Shown: positions 16,642 to 26,760, counted from the first letter of the stretch. The stretch is 32,000 nucleotides of DNA from Candidatus Saganbacteria bacterium (GCA_026387835.1 JAPLKZ010000007.1:5284-37283), one strand, 5' to 3'. Numbers and translations are program-made. Notes: generated from the sequence alone by a model not told the origin.

Positions 16642-19125
16642 ATGAAAGCAATGTTAATGGCCGGAGGGTTCGGGAAACGGCTCCACCCGCTAACTACTAA
16701 TATCCCGAAGCCGCTTATTCCTGTTTGCGGTAAGCCGATAATGTTATACGTGATACAGGAATTAAAAAAACATTCTATAGACGATATCGTTGTCCTTCTT
16801 TTTCACCAGCCGAATCTTATCAAGGACTATTTCAAGGACGGCAAAGAATTCGGCGTCGAGCTTACTTATGTGACAGCCGATCAGGATTTCGGCACGGCCG
16901 GAGCAGTGAAATACGCGCAGAAATTTATTAATGAACCGTTCATAGTGATCAGCGCGGACATAATAACGGATTTTGATCTGACATCAATAATAAAATTCCA
17001 CAAGTCTAAAAAAGCTGCAGCGACAATAACTTTGACAAGGGTAGAAAATCCTCTAGAATATGGGATTGTAATCACCGGACCGGACGGCAGGATAAACCAT
17101 TTCCTTGAAAAGCCGTCATGGGGAGAAGTGTTCAGCGATACTGTTAATACGGGCATATACATATTAGAACCGGAAGTCCTTGACGATATCCCCGAAGGCC
17201 GGTTGTATGATTTCAGCATGGACCTTTTCCCGAAGATGCTCGAAGACAAAAAGAAACTGTTCGGCTGCGTGAGTGAAGGTTATTGGAAAGACATAGGGAA
17301 TTTGTTAGAATATGCTCACGTTCATAAGGATATTCTTGACGGAAAGATCGCCATTTCCGATGCCGCAGTAAGTAGCACGGCAAAAGTCTCTCATCTTGCA
17401 AAGATCGAAGGCAGGGTGATCATCGGCAGCAGAACGTCCATAGCTGACGGCGCTTACATATCGAGTTCGGTAATAGGGGAACGGTGCGCTATCGGAAGGG
17501 ACGCAAAGATCGTCAATTCCGTGATATGGGACGATGTCGAGATCGGGAAAGAGTGCAGCCTTTCAAGATGCGTCGTTGCCGACGGGGCGGTGATCCAGGA
17601 AAGGTCCGAGCTTGAAGAGGGGAGCATCGTCAGCGAGAAATGCGTTGTCGGGGCTGACTCAAAGATCCAGCCCTATATCAGGATCTGGCCGGGGAAAAAT
17701 ATCGAAGAGGGAAGCATAGTGAATTCAAGCGTTATATGGCGGCAGAGATGGTCCAAGAATATTTTCGGGCCGTACGGCATCACGGGGATATGCAATATCG
17801 AGATAACGCCGGAGTTCGCCGCGAAGCTCGGAAGCGCTTTCGGGGCGATGCTCGGCAAGGGATCGAGCGTGACAAGCTCGATGGACGGGCACAAGGCATC
17901 ACGCATGATATCGCGCGGGCTTATTTCAGGGCTGTTGTCCTCGGGAGTCAACGTTTCCAACCTTGAGATGGTCCCGAGCCCGATAAACAGGTATGAACTT
18001 AAAGCGCTTAAATCGAAAGGCGGGATCCACGTAAGAAAATCACCGTTCGACCATAATCTTATTGATATTAAATTCTTTGACGGAGACGGAATGGACCTTT
18101 CTCCGAGCAAGGAAAAATCGATAGAGAAGTTTTTCTGGGGTGAGGACTACGAGCGCCCCACGATAGACGAGACAGGAGAGCTGACATTCCCGTTCTACAG
18201 GGTGGCCGAGGGATATAAAGAAGGGCTTATCACTTTTGTACAGGCAAAAGATATCAAGGACAGAAAATATAAGGTGATAATCGATTACTCGTACGGCAGC
18301 GCTTCTTCCATCTTCCCGTCGATACTCGGACAGATGGGGTGCGATACAGTCGCGATAAACGCTTATATAGACGATTCAAAGTTCACAAGGTCAAAAGCGG
18401 AATTCGACAGGTCGCTGAAGCAGCTTTCCCAGATAGTCGTTTCGTTAAAAGCCGACCTCGGCATCCTGTTCGATACCGGAGCGGAAAAAATCTTTCTTAT
18501 AGACGAAAAGGGGAGTGTCTTAAGCGGTGACCTGGCGCTGTCCCTTATGGTCAAGCTGATGGTGATCTCGGGAGCAAAGACTATCGCGGTCCCCGTGAAC
18601 GCATCGTCCGCGGTTGACGAGATAGCCTCCGAAAAGAAAGTGAAAGTATTCCGGACAAAGACAAGCCACCGCTCCATGATGGAGACGGCGGTCGAAAGTA
18701 AAGTGGACATGTTCGGCGAGAACACGGGCGGTTATATCTTCCCGGGTTTCCAGCCGTCGTTCGATTCGATGCTTTCGACCGCGAAACTTTTTGAGCTGCT
18801 TTTAAAGCCGGAAGTCCCGATGTCGGAGATAGTTGAGTCGCTGCCGAAAAAATATCTTCTCAAAGACCAGGTCCCCTGTCCGAACGCGTTAAAAGGCATG
18901 GTGATCAGGTATATAGTAGATGAAGCGCGCGACGAAAGACCCGAGCTGATAGACGGGGTCAAGCTGCGCTTTGGAAGCGACTGGGTGCTTGTCAACGGCC
19001 ACGCGCACAAGCAGGAGATCTATATCATCAGCGAATCGGACAAAGAAGATACGGCGAGAAAGCTCATGTCGAAATATAAAGACACGATCAAAAAACTCAT
19101 TTCCGATAATCTCGGGAAGAAATAG
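16642..19125 (+). CDS. NDP-sugar pyrophosphorylase (mannose-1-phosphate guanylyltransferase-like) fused to phosphomannomutase/phosphoglucomutase-like domain
   Basis: N-terminal MLMAGGFGKRLHPLTTNIPKPLIPVCGKPIM, left-handed beta-helix hexapeptides, C-terminal phosphohexomutase fold region with GGIHVRKSPFDHNLIDIKFFDGDG and RYIVDEARDERPELIDGVKL. Confidence 0.88.
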   Translation: MKAMLMAGGFGKRLHPLTTNIPKPLIPVCGKPIMLYVIQELKKHSIDDIVVLLFHQPNLIKDYFKDGKEFGVELTYVTADQDFGTAGAVKYAQKFINEPFIVISADIITDFDLTSIIKFHKSKKAAATITLTRVENPLEYGIVITGPDGRINHFLEKPSWGEVFSDTVNTGIYILEPEVLDDIPEGRLYDFSMDLFPKMLEDKKKLFGCVSEGYWKDIGNLLEYAHVHKDILDGKIAISDAAVSSTAKVSHLAKIEGRVIIGSRTSIADGAYISSSVIGERCAIGRDAKIVNSVIWDDVEIGKECSLSRCVVADGAVIQERSELEEGSIVSEKCVVGADSKIQPYIRIWPGKNIEEGSIVNSSVIWRQRWSKNIFGPYGITGICNIEITPEFAAKLGSAFGAMLGKGSSVTSSMDGHKASRMISRGLISGLLSSGVNVSNLEMVPSPINRYELKALKSKGGIHVRKSPFDHNLIDIKFFDGDGMDLSPSKEKSIEKFFWGEDYERPTIDETGELTFPFYRVAEGYKEGLITFVQAKDIKDRKYKVIIDYSYGSASSIFPSILGQMGCDTVAINAYIDDSKFTRSKAEFDRSLKQLSQIVVSLKADLGILFDTGAEKIFLIDEKGSVLSGDLALSLMVKLMVISGAKTIAVPVNASSAVDEIASEKKVKVFRTKTSHRSMMETAVESKVDMFGENTGGYIFPGFQPSFDSMLSTAKLFELLLKPEVPMSEIVESLPKKYLLKDQVPCPNALKGMVIRYIVDEARDERPELIDGVKLRFGSDWVLVNGHAHKQEIYIISESDKEDTARKLMSKYKDTIKKLISDNLGKK

Positions 19126-19260
19126 CCCTCATCATAGCAGAAATGACTAATGACTAATGTCTAATGACTAATTAATGAAAAATATATATAAAAGATTCTC
19201 ATTCCTTCATTAGTCATTAAGAATTAGTCATTAGTAATTAGCTGTTAAGAATGATGAGGG
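19126..19260. repeat. AT-rich MITE-like inverted-repeat element
   Basis: Terminal inverted repeats CCCTCATCAT (19126-19135) and ATGATGAGGG (19251-19260), with internal long arms of TAATGACTAATG-type repeats facing TCATTAGTCATTA repeats. Confidence 0.65.
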
Positions 19261-19261
19261 T

Positions 19262-19269
19262 GCTATAAT
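19262..19269 (+). promoter_or_regulatory. extended -10 promoter of uvrB
   Basis: TGCTATAAT (hexamer 19264-19269), 6 nt before the ATG at 19276. Confidence 0.6.
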
Positions 19270-19275
19270 TTCGTT

Positions 19276-21246
19276 ATGAGCGATTTTAAACTCAAGTCCG
19301 GCTTTTCCCCTTCAGGCGACCAGCCGCAGGCGATCGAAAAGATAGTAAAAGAAATAGAAAAAGGCGAAAAGTATACTACGCTCCTCGGCGTCACCGGGTC
19401 AGGAAAAACTTTCACGATGGCAAGTGCCATCGCTCAGGTAAATAGACCCACTTTGATACTTTCACCCAACAAGACCCTCGCCGCGCAATTATGCCAGGAG
19501 TTCAGGTCGTTCTTCCCTTCGAGTTCAGTGGAATATTTCGTCAGTTTCTATGATTATTACCAGCCGGAGGCATATATCCCGACCACCGACACTTATATCG
19601 AAAAAGATTCCGCCATCAATGATGAGATCGACAGGCTCCGCCACAGGGCTACGATGTCGCTTTTTGAGAGAAGGGATGTGATCGTCGTCGCTTCCGTGTC
19701 CTGTATATACGGTCTCGGCACGCCGGCCAATTATCTTGAAGGCTCGATAAATATCGATGTCGGCCAAAATCTAAACAGAGATAATCTTTTATACCAGTTT
19801 GTCGGAGTAAAATATGAAAGGAACGATACAGTTCTTTCACGGGGGAAGTTCCGCGCTAGAGGCGATGTGGTCGAAGTGATGCCGATATATGAAACGAATA
19901 TATTCAGGATCGAACTGGACGAGGACAAAATATCAAAAATTTCAGAAATAAATCCTACTACCGGCGAGGTTATCGGAAAGAAAGATTCTCTTCATATATT
20001 CCCCGCGACCCATTATGTCACTTTCAAAGACAGGCTTGAAGGATCTTTAAAGAACATCGAGGACGAACTTTCGGTACGGCTGAAAGAGCTCAAAGATAAG
20101 AACAAGCTTGTCGAAGCTCAGCGGCTTGAGCAGAGGACGAACTATGACATCGAGATGATAAGGGAAATGGGGTACTGCCACGGGATAGAAAATTACAGCA
20201 GGCACCTTGACGGCAGAAGGCCGGGCCAGCCGCCGTCGACTTTGATCGATTATTTCCCTAAAGATTTCCTTATGTTTATCGACGAGAGCCATGTCGCTGT
20301 CCCGCAGATAAGGGGGATGTATGCCGGGGACCAGGCAAGGAAGAAGACCCTTGTCGAGTATGGTTTCCGCCTCCCGTCGGCCCTGGACAACAGGCCGCTC
20401 AATTTCAGCGAGTTCACACAGCGGCTCAACCAGTGCCTGTTCGTTTCGGCGACCCCGGGAGAATACGAGACAAGCCAGAGCAAAAAGATCGTCGAGCAGA
20501 TAATCAGGCCTACCGGGCTTATCGACCCGGAAGTGGTACTGAAACCGACAAAGGGGCAGATAAAAGACCTTATCAAGGAAATAAAAATACGCGTTGAAAA
20601 AAAAGAGCGGGTGCTCGTCACGACGCTCACGAAAAGAATGGCGGAAGACCTTTCCGAGTACCTGCAGGAAGCAAAAATAAAGAGCAAATACCTGCATTCC
20701 GATATCGATACTCTGGACAGGATAGATATCCTCAGAGGGCTGCGGCTGGGGGAATTCGATGTCCTGGTCGGGATAAATCTTTTGCGGGAGGGGCTTGACC
20801 TGCCCGAAGTCTCTCTCGTGGCTATCATGGATGCCGATAAAGAAGGGTTTTTAAGGGGAGAAACATCGCTTATACAGACGATAGGCCGCGCGGCGAGAAA
20901 TATAAACGGGAAAGTATTCCTCTATGCCGACAGGATGACCAGGTCGATGAAGAAAGCCGTCAGCGAGACCAACAGGCGTAGGGCCCTCCAAATAAGGTAT
21001 AATAAAAAGAACAATATCACGCCAAAAACGATAATAAAAGAAGTAAAAGATATCAGCGAGCAGATAAGTAAAGTTAAGGGCGAGGATATTAAGAGGCTCA
21101 AAGGGATAATCAAAGAAGAAGAGGTCCCGATATTGATAAAGAGGCTTGATGAAGAAATGAAGACAGCGGCGATAGAGCTCGAGTTCGAGAAAGCCGCTGT
21201 CATAAGGGACCAGATAAAGGAGTTAAAAGGCTTATGGAAAAAATAG
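19276..21246 (+). CDS. uvrB: excinuclease ABC subunit B
   Basis: [85 protein letters not shown]-terminal UVR motif. Confidence 0.99.
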   Translation: MSDFKLKSGFSPSGDQPQAIEKIVKEIEKGEKYTTLLGVTGSGKTFTMASAIAQVNRPTLILSPNKTLAAQLCQEFRSFFPSSSVEYFVSFYDYYQPEAYIPTTDTYIEKDSAINDEIDRLRHRATMSLFERRDVIVVASVSCIYGLGTPANYLEGSINIDVGQNLNRDNLLYQFVGVKYERNDTVLSRGKFRARGDVVEVMPIYETNIFRIELDEDKISKISEINPTTGEVIGKKDSLHIFPATHYVTFKDRLEGSLKNIEDELSVRLKELKDKNKLVEAQRLEQRTNYDIEMIREMGYCHGIENYSRHLDGRRPGQPPSTLIDYFPKDFLMFIDESHVAVPQIRGMYAGDQARKKTLVEYGFRLPSALDNRPLNFSEFTQRLNQCLFVSATPGEYETSQSKKIVEQIIRPTGLIDPEVVLKPTKGQIKDLIKEIKIRVEKKERVLVTTLTKRMAEDLSEYLQEAKIKSKYLHSDIDTLDRIDILRGLRLGEFDVLVGINLLREGLDLPEVSLVAIMDADKEGFLRGETSLIQTIGRAARNINGKVFLYADRMTRSMKKAVSETNRRRALQIRYNKKNNITPKTIIKEVKDISEQISKVKGEDIKRLKGIIKEEEVPILIKRLDEEMKTAAIELEFEKAAVIRDQIKELKGLWKK

Positions 21247-22136
21247 GAAGAATAATAACCGCGATGGTGACACCCTTCAAGGAGAACGGCGAAGTGGATT
21301 ATAAAAAAGCGGAAGAAATGGCCGTGTTCCTCACGGAGAACGGTTCCGACGGAGTCGTCGTGCATGGTACGACAGGGGAATCGCCGACGCTCACGCATGA
21401 CGAGGAATACGAGCTTTACAAAGTGGTAAAAAACGCCCTCCAGGGCAAAGCTTCGCTGATAGCCGGGACCGGGTCAAATTCAACGGACACGACTATAAGA
21501 TCGACAAAAAAAGCGGAGCAGATAGGCGCGGACGCCGCGCTTCTTGTAGTGCCGTATTACAACAAGCCTTCACAGGAGGGCCTGTACCAGCATTACAGGG
21601 CTGTTGCTCGTAGCACGGGGCTGCCTTTGATAATCTATAACATCCCGGGGCGTACCGGTATCAACATGCTGCCGGAGACAGTAGCGAGAACAGCTGAGTT
21701 TAAGAATATAATCGGATTAAAAGACGCTGCGGGAGATCTGAATTATACATCCGCGGCAAGAACACTGCTTCCGAAAGACTTTCTGATCTGGAGCGGGGAT
21801 GATTCGCTGACGCTGCCTATGATGTCGGTTGGCGCGTACGGAGTGATAAGCGTCGCGTCGCATCTTGCCGGCAGGGAGATCAAAAAAATGGTGGACCTGT
21901 ACGTGAGCGGAGACGTAAATAAAGCGGAGGAGATCCACAGGAAGCTGATGCCTTTATTTAAAGTGCTTTTTATCGCGCCCAACCCGTCCCCGCTGAAATT
22001 CGCCCTTAAAGCGATCGGGCACGACTGCGGCAAAACGCGTCTTCCTCTCGTGGAACCGTCAGCCGCGGAGAAAAAAGAAATAATAAAAGTGATGAAAGGC
22101 CTTTCTCTCATCGAAGACGGCGCGTATGATGTTTAA
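21234..22136 (+). CDS. dapA: 4-hydroxy-tetrahydrodipicolinate synthase
   Basis: [61 protein letters not shown]. Confidence 0.96.
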   Translation: MEKIGRIITAMVTPFKENGEVDYKKAEEMAVFLTENGSDGVVVHGTTGESPTLTHDEEYELYKVVKNALQGKASLIAGTGSNSTDTTIRSTKKAEQIGADAALLVVPYYNKPSQEGLYQHYRAVARSTGLPLIIYNIPGRTGINMLPETVARTAEFKNIIGLKDAAGDLNYTSAARTLLPKDFLIWSGDDSLTLPMMSVGAYGVISVASHLAGREIKKMVDLYVSGDVNKAEEIHRKLMPLFKVLFIAPNPSPLKFALKAIGHDCGKTRLPLVEPSAAEKKEIIKVMKGLSLIEDGAYDV

Positions 22137-23802
22137 GAATTTCGGAAAAAAACATCTCGAGATAATACATCTTGGCGGTCTGGCAGAGATAGGCAAGAAC
22201 ATGACCGCTTTCAAGTTCGGGAACAATATCATCCTTGTCGATTGCGGCATAAAATTCCCTGATGATGACATGCACGGGATAGATTTTATCCTGCCGGACT
22301 TTGATTTTGTAAAAAATAACAAGAACCTCATCAGAGCGCTGTTCCTGACACACGGGCACGAAGACCACATCGGCGCTATCCCGCATCTTCTGCGGGAAAT
22401 AAATGTGCCGATATACGGGACAAGACTGACATTAGGGCTGCTTGAAGATAAACTTAAGGAAAGCAAACAGCTGAAGACCGCAAAATTGAACGTGGTAAAA
22501 CCGCGTGATGTCATAAACATGGGGCCTTTCAAAGTTGAATTTCTCAGGGTATGCCACAGCATACCTGATTCAACTGCCCTGGCGATAAAGACGCCTGTCG
22601 GCACGGTCTTACATACCGGAGATTTTAAGATCGACCATACCCCCATTGATGGCCAGCAGCTTGATCTTGTAAGGTTCGGCGAGCTCGGCAAGGAAGGCGT
22701 GCTTCTTCTGATGAGCGATTCCACGAACGCGGATACCGCGGGATCAACTCCTTCCGAAAAAACCGTCGGAAAGACATTTGAAAAAGTCTTTAACGAAGCT
22801 CCGGGAAGGATAATAGTCGCTACTTTTGCATCGAGCATTCACCGGGTCCAGCAGGTGATCGATGCCGCGGCCAGGCACGGCAGGAAGGTGGCGATATCCG
22901 GTTTTTCTATGCAGAGAGTGGCAAATAAAGCCAAAGAACTGGGTTATTTGAAAGTACCCAAAGATATGCTTGTTAAACTTGATGATATACACAAGGCAAA
23001 TCACAAGAATTTAGTCATTCTTACTACAGGCAGCCAGGGAGAGCCGATGGCCGCTCTTTCACGCATGGCAAAAGGGGAGCACAAGCAGGTTAAGATCCAG
23101 AAAGGCGACACTGTCGTGATCTCAGCCATACCTATCCCGGGCAATGAAAAGTCAGTCTATAATACGATAAATAAACTTTTCAGGTTCGGCGCGGAAGTCA
23201 TCTATGAAGAGCGGCACGGGATCCACGTCTCCGGCCACGGCTGCCAGGAAGAGATGAAACTCATAATCAATCTTGTAAGGCCGCAGTTCTTCATCCCGGT
23301 GCACGGCGAGTACAGGCACATGGTCGCACACGCGAAGATCGCCAGGGAAAGCGGCATCGCGCCGGAAAATATCTTTATCAACGAGAACGGCGATATCCTC
23401 CGGCTTTCACGGAACAAGGCGAGCAGGGCGGGCAGGATCGAGATAAAAGAGATGCTCGTGGATAGCACCGGCGCGGGAGGCGAAGGGTCACAGGTCCTGT
23501 CAGACCGCAGGCAGCTCGCGGAGAACGGCGTCGTGATAGTCAACTTAATAGCATCAAAAACGGATTTCAGGAAGATCACGGATATAAGGATAGAGACAAA
23601 AGGATTTGTCTTTTCAAAGACACATGATGAGGTCATCAAGAGGTCGAAAGAAATGATCGACGCGGCCATGCGCAGACATTACAAGAGCAGGTTCCGGAAT
23701 ATCGGCTCAATCAGGCAGGAGATCCAGAAAGAACTGCAGAAATACTACCGCAAAAAAATAAACCGCCTGCCGGTCGTCATCGTAATGGCGGAGCAGGTCT
23801 GA
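22126..23802 (+). CDS. rnj: ribonuclease J
   Basis: HLGGLAEIGKNMTAFKFGNNIILVDCGIKFPD, metal motif LTHGHEDHIGAIP, SDSTNADTAGSTPSE, VHGEYRHMVAHAKIA. Confidence 0.96.
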   Translation: MMFKNFGKKHLEIIHLGGLAEIGKNMTAFKFGNNIILVDCGIKFPDDDMHGIDFILPDFDFVKNNKNLIRALFLTHGHEDHIGAIPHLLREINVPIYGTRLTLGLLEDKLKESKQLKTAKLNVVKPRDVINMGPFKVEFLRVCHSIPDSTALAIKTPVGTVLHTGDFKIDHTPIDGQQLDLVRFGELGKEGVLLLMSDSTNADTAGSTPSEKTVGKTFEKVFNEAPGRIIVATFASSIHRVQQVIDAAARHGRKVAISGFSMQRVANKAKELGYLKVPKDMLVKLDDIHKANHKNLVILTTGSQGEPMAALSRMAKGEHKQVKIQKGDTVVISAIPIPGNEKSVYNTINKLFRFGAEVIYEERHGIHVSGHGCQEEMKLIINLVRPQFFIPVHGEYRHMVAHAKIARESGIAPENIFINENGDILRLSRNKASRAGRIEIKEMLVDSTGAGGEGSQVLSDRRQLAENGVVIVNLIASKTDFRKITDIRIETKGFVFSKTHDEVIKRSKEMIDAAMRRHYKSRFRNIGSIRQEIQKELQKYYRKKINRLPVVIVMAEQV

Positions 23803-23816
23803 TAAAGCCGTCCGTA

Positions 23817-23825
23817 TGATATAAT
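23817..23825 (+). promoter_or_regulatory. extended -10 promoter upstream of the hydantoinase-family gene
   Basis: TGATATAAT (hexamer 23820-23825). ATG at 23839. Confidence 0.5.
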
Positions 23826-23838
23826 TTTCCCATAGTAA

Positions 23839-25974
23839 ATGCCAAAATACCGTATCGGAATAGATGTCGGAGGAACGTTCACCCACGCTGTCGCGATAGA
23901 CAATTCAAATTATGAACTCGCGGGACAGGCCAAGCTCCCTACAACTCATAATGCGGAGAGAGGCGTCGCCCAGGGCATAATTGATTCGCTGAATAAACTT
24001 CTTTGCGATTCAAATATCAGTCCCGCCGATATAGTCTTTATCGCCCACAGCACTACACAGGCCACGAACGCATTACTGGAAGGTGATGTCGCGGCCGTCG
24101 GGATAATCGCTGTCGGGAAAGGCGTGGAGGGAAAAAGAGTCAGGGCTGAAACAAATATCGGTGATATCGATCTGGATAACGGAAAGAGATTAAAGGTTTT
24201 AAGCAGATATATTGAATTAAAAGGTGAAAAGATAGAAGCGGAGACGGTAGACGGTATCATAAAAGATCTTGTCAAGGATGGGGTCCAGGTGATCGTAGCT
24301 GCCGAAGCTTTTTCCGTCGATGATCCGGTGAATGAAGACTTCATAGTGCGGTGCGCGATCGAAAAAGGACTGCCCGCGGCCGCGACGCACCAGATATCCG
24401 GGCTCTACGGTCTGCGCATGAGGACAAGGACCGCGGCGGTCAACGCGAGCATAATGCCCAAGATGATCGAAGCGGCTGTCGCCACGCAGGATTGCGTCAG
24501 GCAGTCCGGGATAACCGCTCCGCTCATGATAATGCGTTCCGACGGCGGGGTGATGAGCATCGATGAGATGAAAAAGCGGCCGATACTCACGATACTTTCC
24601 GGCCCGGCGGCGGGAGTCGCTTCCGCGCTTTTATACGTGAAAATATCGGACGGTATTTTTCTCGAGGTCGGAGGCACAAGCACGGATATCTCCGTGATAA
24701 GGAACGGCAGGGCCCTTGTAAAGTCCGCAGAAATTGGCGGCCACAGGCTTTATCTGAGGACGATAGATTCCCGCACTGTCGGAGCCGCGGGCGGATCGAT
24801 GCCGAGGATCTGCAACGGAAAAATCGTCGATGTCGGACCAAGAAGCGCGCATATCGCAGGGCTGAAATACGCATCATTTTCAAATGTTGATGAAATCGTA
24901 GGGGCGCACAGCCGTGCGCCCCTACAGGATGGATATTTTTCTATCGGAGGGAAATACGCGGTAACGACGACCTGCGCCGCGAATGTCCTGGGTCTCGTAA
25001 GAAAAGAGGACTGGGCTTACGGGAACAGGGATGCTGCGGAAGAAGGAATACGGATCCTGAGTAAAAAGATCAGCAGTTCGCAGGCTGTTTCGCCGCAGCA
25101 ATTATCAAAGTCGATATTAAAGACCGCATCGGCAAAGATCATCAAGACGATAGATTCCCTGATCAAAGACTATAAACTTGAAAAAGAGAACGTCACTCTG
25201 ATAGGAGGAGGCGGAGGCGCCGCGGCGATAGTCCCGTTCACCGCATCGGAGCTGAAGATGGAATACAAGATCGCGGATAATCATGCCGTCCTTTCGGCGA
25301 TCGGCGCCGCCCTGGCTTTTGTAACGGATACGATCGAAAAAAGCGCGGTGGACCCTTCGCGGGAGGATATTTTGAAAATAAGGCAGGAAGCGGAGGAATC
25401 GGTCAGAAGGATGGGGGCCGATCCCAATTCGATCGAGGTCTCCGTGGAAGTTGACCTTCAAAAGAACGTGATCAGAGCTGTGGCATCGGGCGCTACCGAG
25501 CTCAGGAAAAAGGACCTTCAACTTAAAAAGATCAACGAAGAAGAGAAGGCCGGCATTCTCTGCAGTTCATTCAAAGCGGCCAAAAACGACATAAAGCTTT
25601 TAGGCTCCACAGACTGGTTTGAAGTGTGGGGGGCAAAAAAAGAAAGACGGTCATTCTTCGGTTTGATAAAGAATACGGACAATTCAGTGAGAGTGATCGA
25701 CAAGCAGGGGATAATAAGGATCCAAAGACGTAATGCGATCGTTATTGAGGTAGCGGCGGGTTTTAAACCCGCCGCTGCCATTGAACAATTATTGGAAAAA
25801 CACACTGTTTACGGAGATGCCGGAGAAAAAACACCTCCGCTGACTGTTCTAAAGGGCAGCAGGATCATCGACCTGTCCGGGCTGGTGAGCAAAGAGCAGG
25901 TGACCGGATTGTTCGGCCTCGAGATGAAAAACGCTTCACATGACGAGAAAATTGTTATAATATTAGATCATTAG
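23839..25974 (+). CDS. hydantoinase/oxoprolinase family protein (HyuA-like)
   Basis: YRIGIDVGGTFTHAVAID, HSTTQATNALLEGDVA, MRSDGGVMSIDEMKKRPILTILSGPAAGV, LEVGGTSTDISVI, VGAAGGSMPRI. Confidence 0.92.
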   Translation: MPKYRIGIDVGGTFTHAVAIDNSNYELAGQAKLPTTHNAERGVAQGIIDSLNKLLCDSNISPADIVFIAHSTTQATNALLEGDVAAVGIIAVGKGVEGKRVRAETNIGDIDLDNGKRLKVLSRYIELKGEKIEAETVDGIIKDLVKDGVQVIVAAEAFSVDDPVNEDFIVRCAIEKGLPAAATHQISGLYGLRMRTRTAAVNASIMPKMIEAAVATQDCVRQSGITAPLMIMRSDGGVMSIDEMKKRPILTILSGPAAGVASALLYVKISDGIFLEVGGTSTDISVIRNGRALVKSAEIGGHRLYLRTIDSRTVGAAGGSMPRICNGKIVDVGPRSAHIAGLKYASFSNVDEIVGAHSRAPLQDGYFSIGGKYAVTTTCAANVLGLVRKEDWAYGNRDAAEEGIRILSKKISSSQAVSPQQLSKSILKTASAKIIKTIDSLIKDYKLEKENVTLIGGGGGAAAIVPFTASELKMEYKIADNHAVLSAIGAALAFVTDTIEKSAVDPSREDILKIRQEAEESVRRMGADPNSIEVSVEVDLQKNVIRAVASGATELRKKDLQLKKINEEEKAGILCSSFKAAKNDIKLLGSTDWFEVWGAKKERRSFFGLIKNTDNSVRVIDKQGIIRIQRRNAIVIEVAAGFKPAAAIEQLLEKHTVYGDAGEKTPPLTVLKGSRIIDLSGLVSKEQVTGLFGLEMKNASHDEKIVIILDH
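24898..24925. repeat. in-frame palindromic insertion inside a coding gene
   Basis: GTAGGGGCGCAC (24898-24909), AGCC loop, GTGCGCCCCTAC (24914-24925): perfect 12-bp stem, followed by AGG. Confidence 0.8.
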
Positions 25975-25986
25975 GAGAAAATATTA

Positions 25987-26472
25987 ATGGCCAAAGAGAT
26001 AAAACCCGGGAAAAAATTCAAATACGGCCTTGAGACCGTACTCAAGGTCAAAGAGATAAGGGAGAAGAAAGAACAGGAAAAATTCGCGACCAGGCAGAAA
26101 GAATATTACGTCGAAAAAACGAAAGAGCAGGAGATCCACGACACAAAAGACCAGCAGGCCAAGGAGTTCAAGAAGATCGTCGGGAAAGGCAGGATATCCG
26201 ATTTTTCGAAGGTGCTCCAGAGACGCCAGCACCTGGGCGTCCTCAAAGAGGAGCTCGATAACCAGATAGAAAAGGTGATAGACGCGAGCCAGAAACTCGA
26301 ACGGCAGAGGGAAAAACTGCTCGATTCCATGAAGGACAGGAAGATCATCGAAAAAGACAAAGAACATAAGCTCGACCAGTATAACGAAGTGATGAAGCTA
26401 TACGACATAAAATTCATGGATGAAATAGCCACATTAAGATTTAAAAGAGATAAGTTTGAAAAGGAGTCCTAG
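25987..26472 (+). CDS. FliJ-like coiled-coil protein
   Basis: [32 protein letters not shown]...[37 protein letters not shown] resembles the FliJ N- and C-terminal patterns. Confidence 0.7.
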   Translation: MAKEIKPGKKFKYGLETVLKVKEIREKKEQEKFATRQKEYYVEKTKEQEIHDTKDQQAKEFKKIVGKGRISDFSKVLQRRQHLGVLKEELDNQIEKVIDASQKLERQREKLLDSMKDRKIIEKDKEHKLDQYNEVMKLYDIKFMDEIATLRFKRDKFEKES

Positions 26473-26660
26473 ACCGCTTTTTTGATCTTCCCCGATTTCA
26501 TGCATTTGGTGCAGACATTTTCCCTGCGGACCTTGCCGTTGACGACGATCCTGATCTTTTGAAGATTAGGAAGCCACCGCCTAAGGGACTTCATGTTCGA
26601 ATGGCTCACGGTGTTACCCGAGAGCGGGCCTTTTTTGCAGATAAAACAGCGACGCGACAT
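26469..26660 (-). CDS. rpmB: 50S ribosomal protein L28
   Basis: [63 protein letters not shown]. Start moved to the internal Met with SD aggag. Confidence 0.95.
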   Translation of the reverse strand: MSRRCFICKKGPLSGNTVSHSNMKSLRRWLPNLQKIRIVVNGKVRRENVCTKCMKSGKIKKAV

Positions 26661-26745
26661 TGATTGATTGCTCCTATTAAAAATATACCATAAACATAAC
26701 GCGGTCGCAACCCGCATTGAGAAGCATATCGCTTATCGCTCTCCG

Positions 26746-26754
26746 TGATAAAAT
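26746..26754 (+). promoter_or_regulatory. extended -10 promoter of recG
   Basis: TGATAAAAT (hexamer 26749-26754), 6 nt before the ATG at 26761. Confidence 0.55.
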
Positions 26755-26760
26755 ACTCTT

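Noticed and set aside
19126-19275. LexA/SOS box upstream of uvrB
   Set aside because: No GAAC-N4-GTTC or CTGT-N8-ACAG-like palindrome found. The only strong structure is the inverted-repeat element.
20047-20697. Minus-strand ORF (216 aa) within uvrB
   Set aside because: Lies wholly antisense to the strongly conserved uvrB. It is phenylalanine/leucine-rich with no domain.
22059-22838. Minus-strand ORF (259 aa) opposite dapA/rnj
   Set aside because: Shadow ORF of ribonuclease J. Serine/leucine/proline-rich translation with no family signature.
26661-26717. Upstream start of the rpmB ORF
   Set aside because: Standard L28 begins [10 protein letters not shown]. The extension [19 protein letters not shown] is non-homologous, and an SD precedes the internal start.
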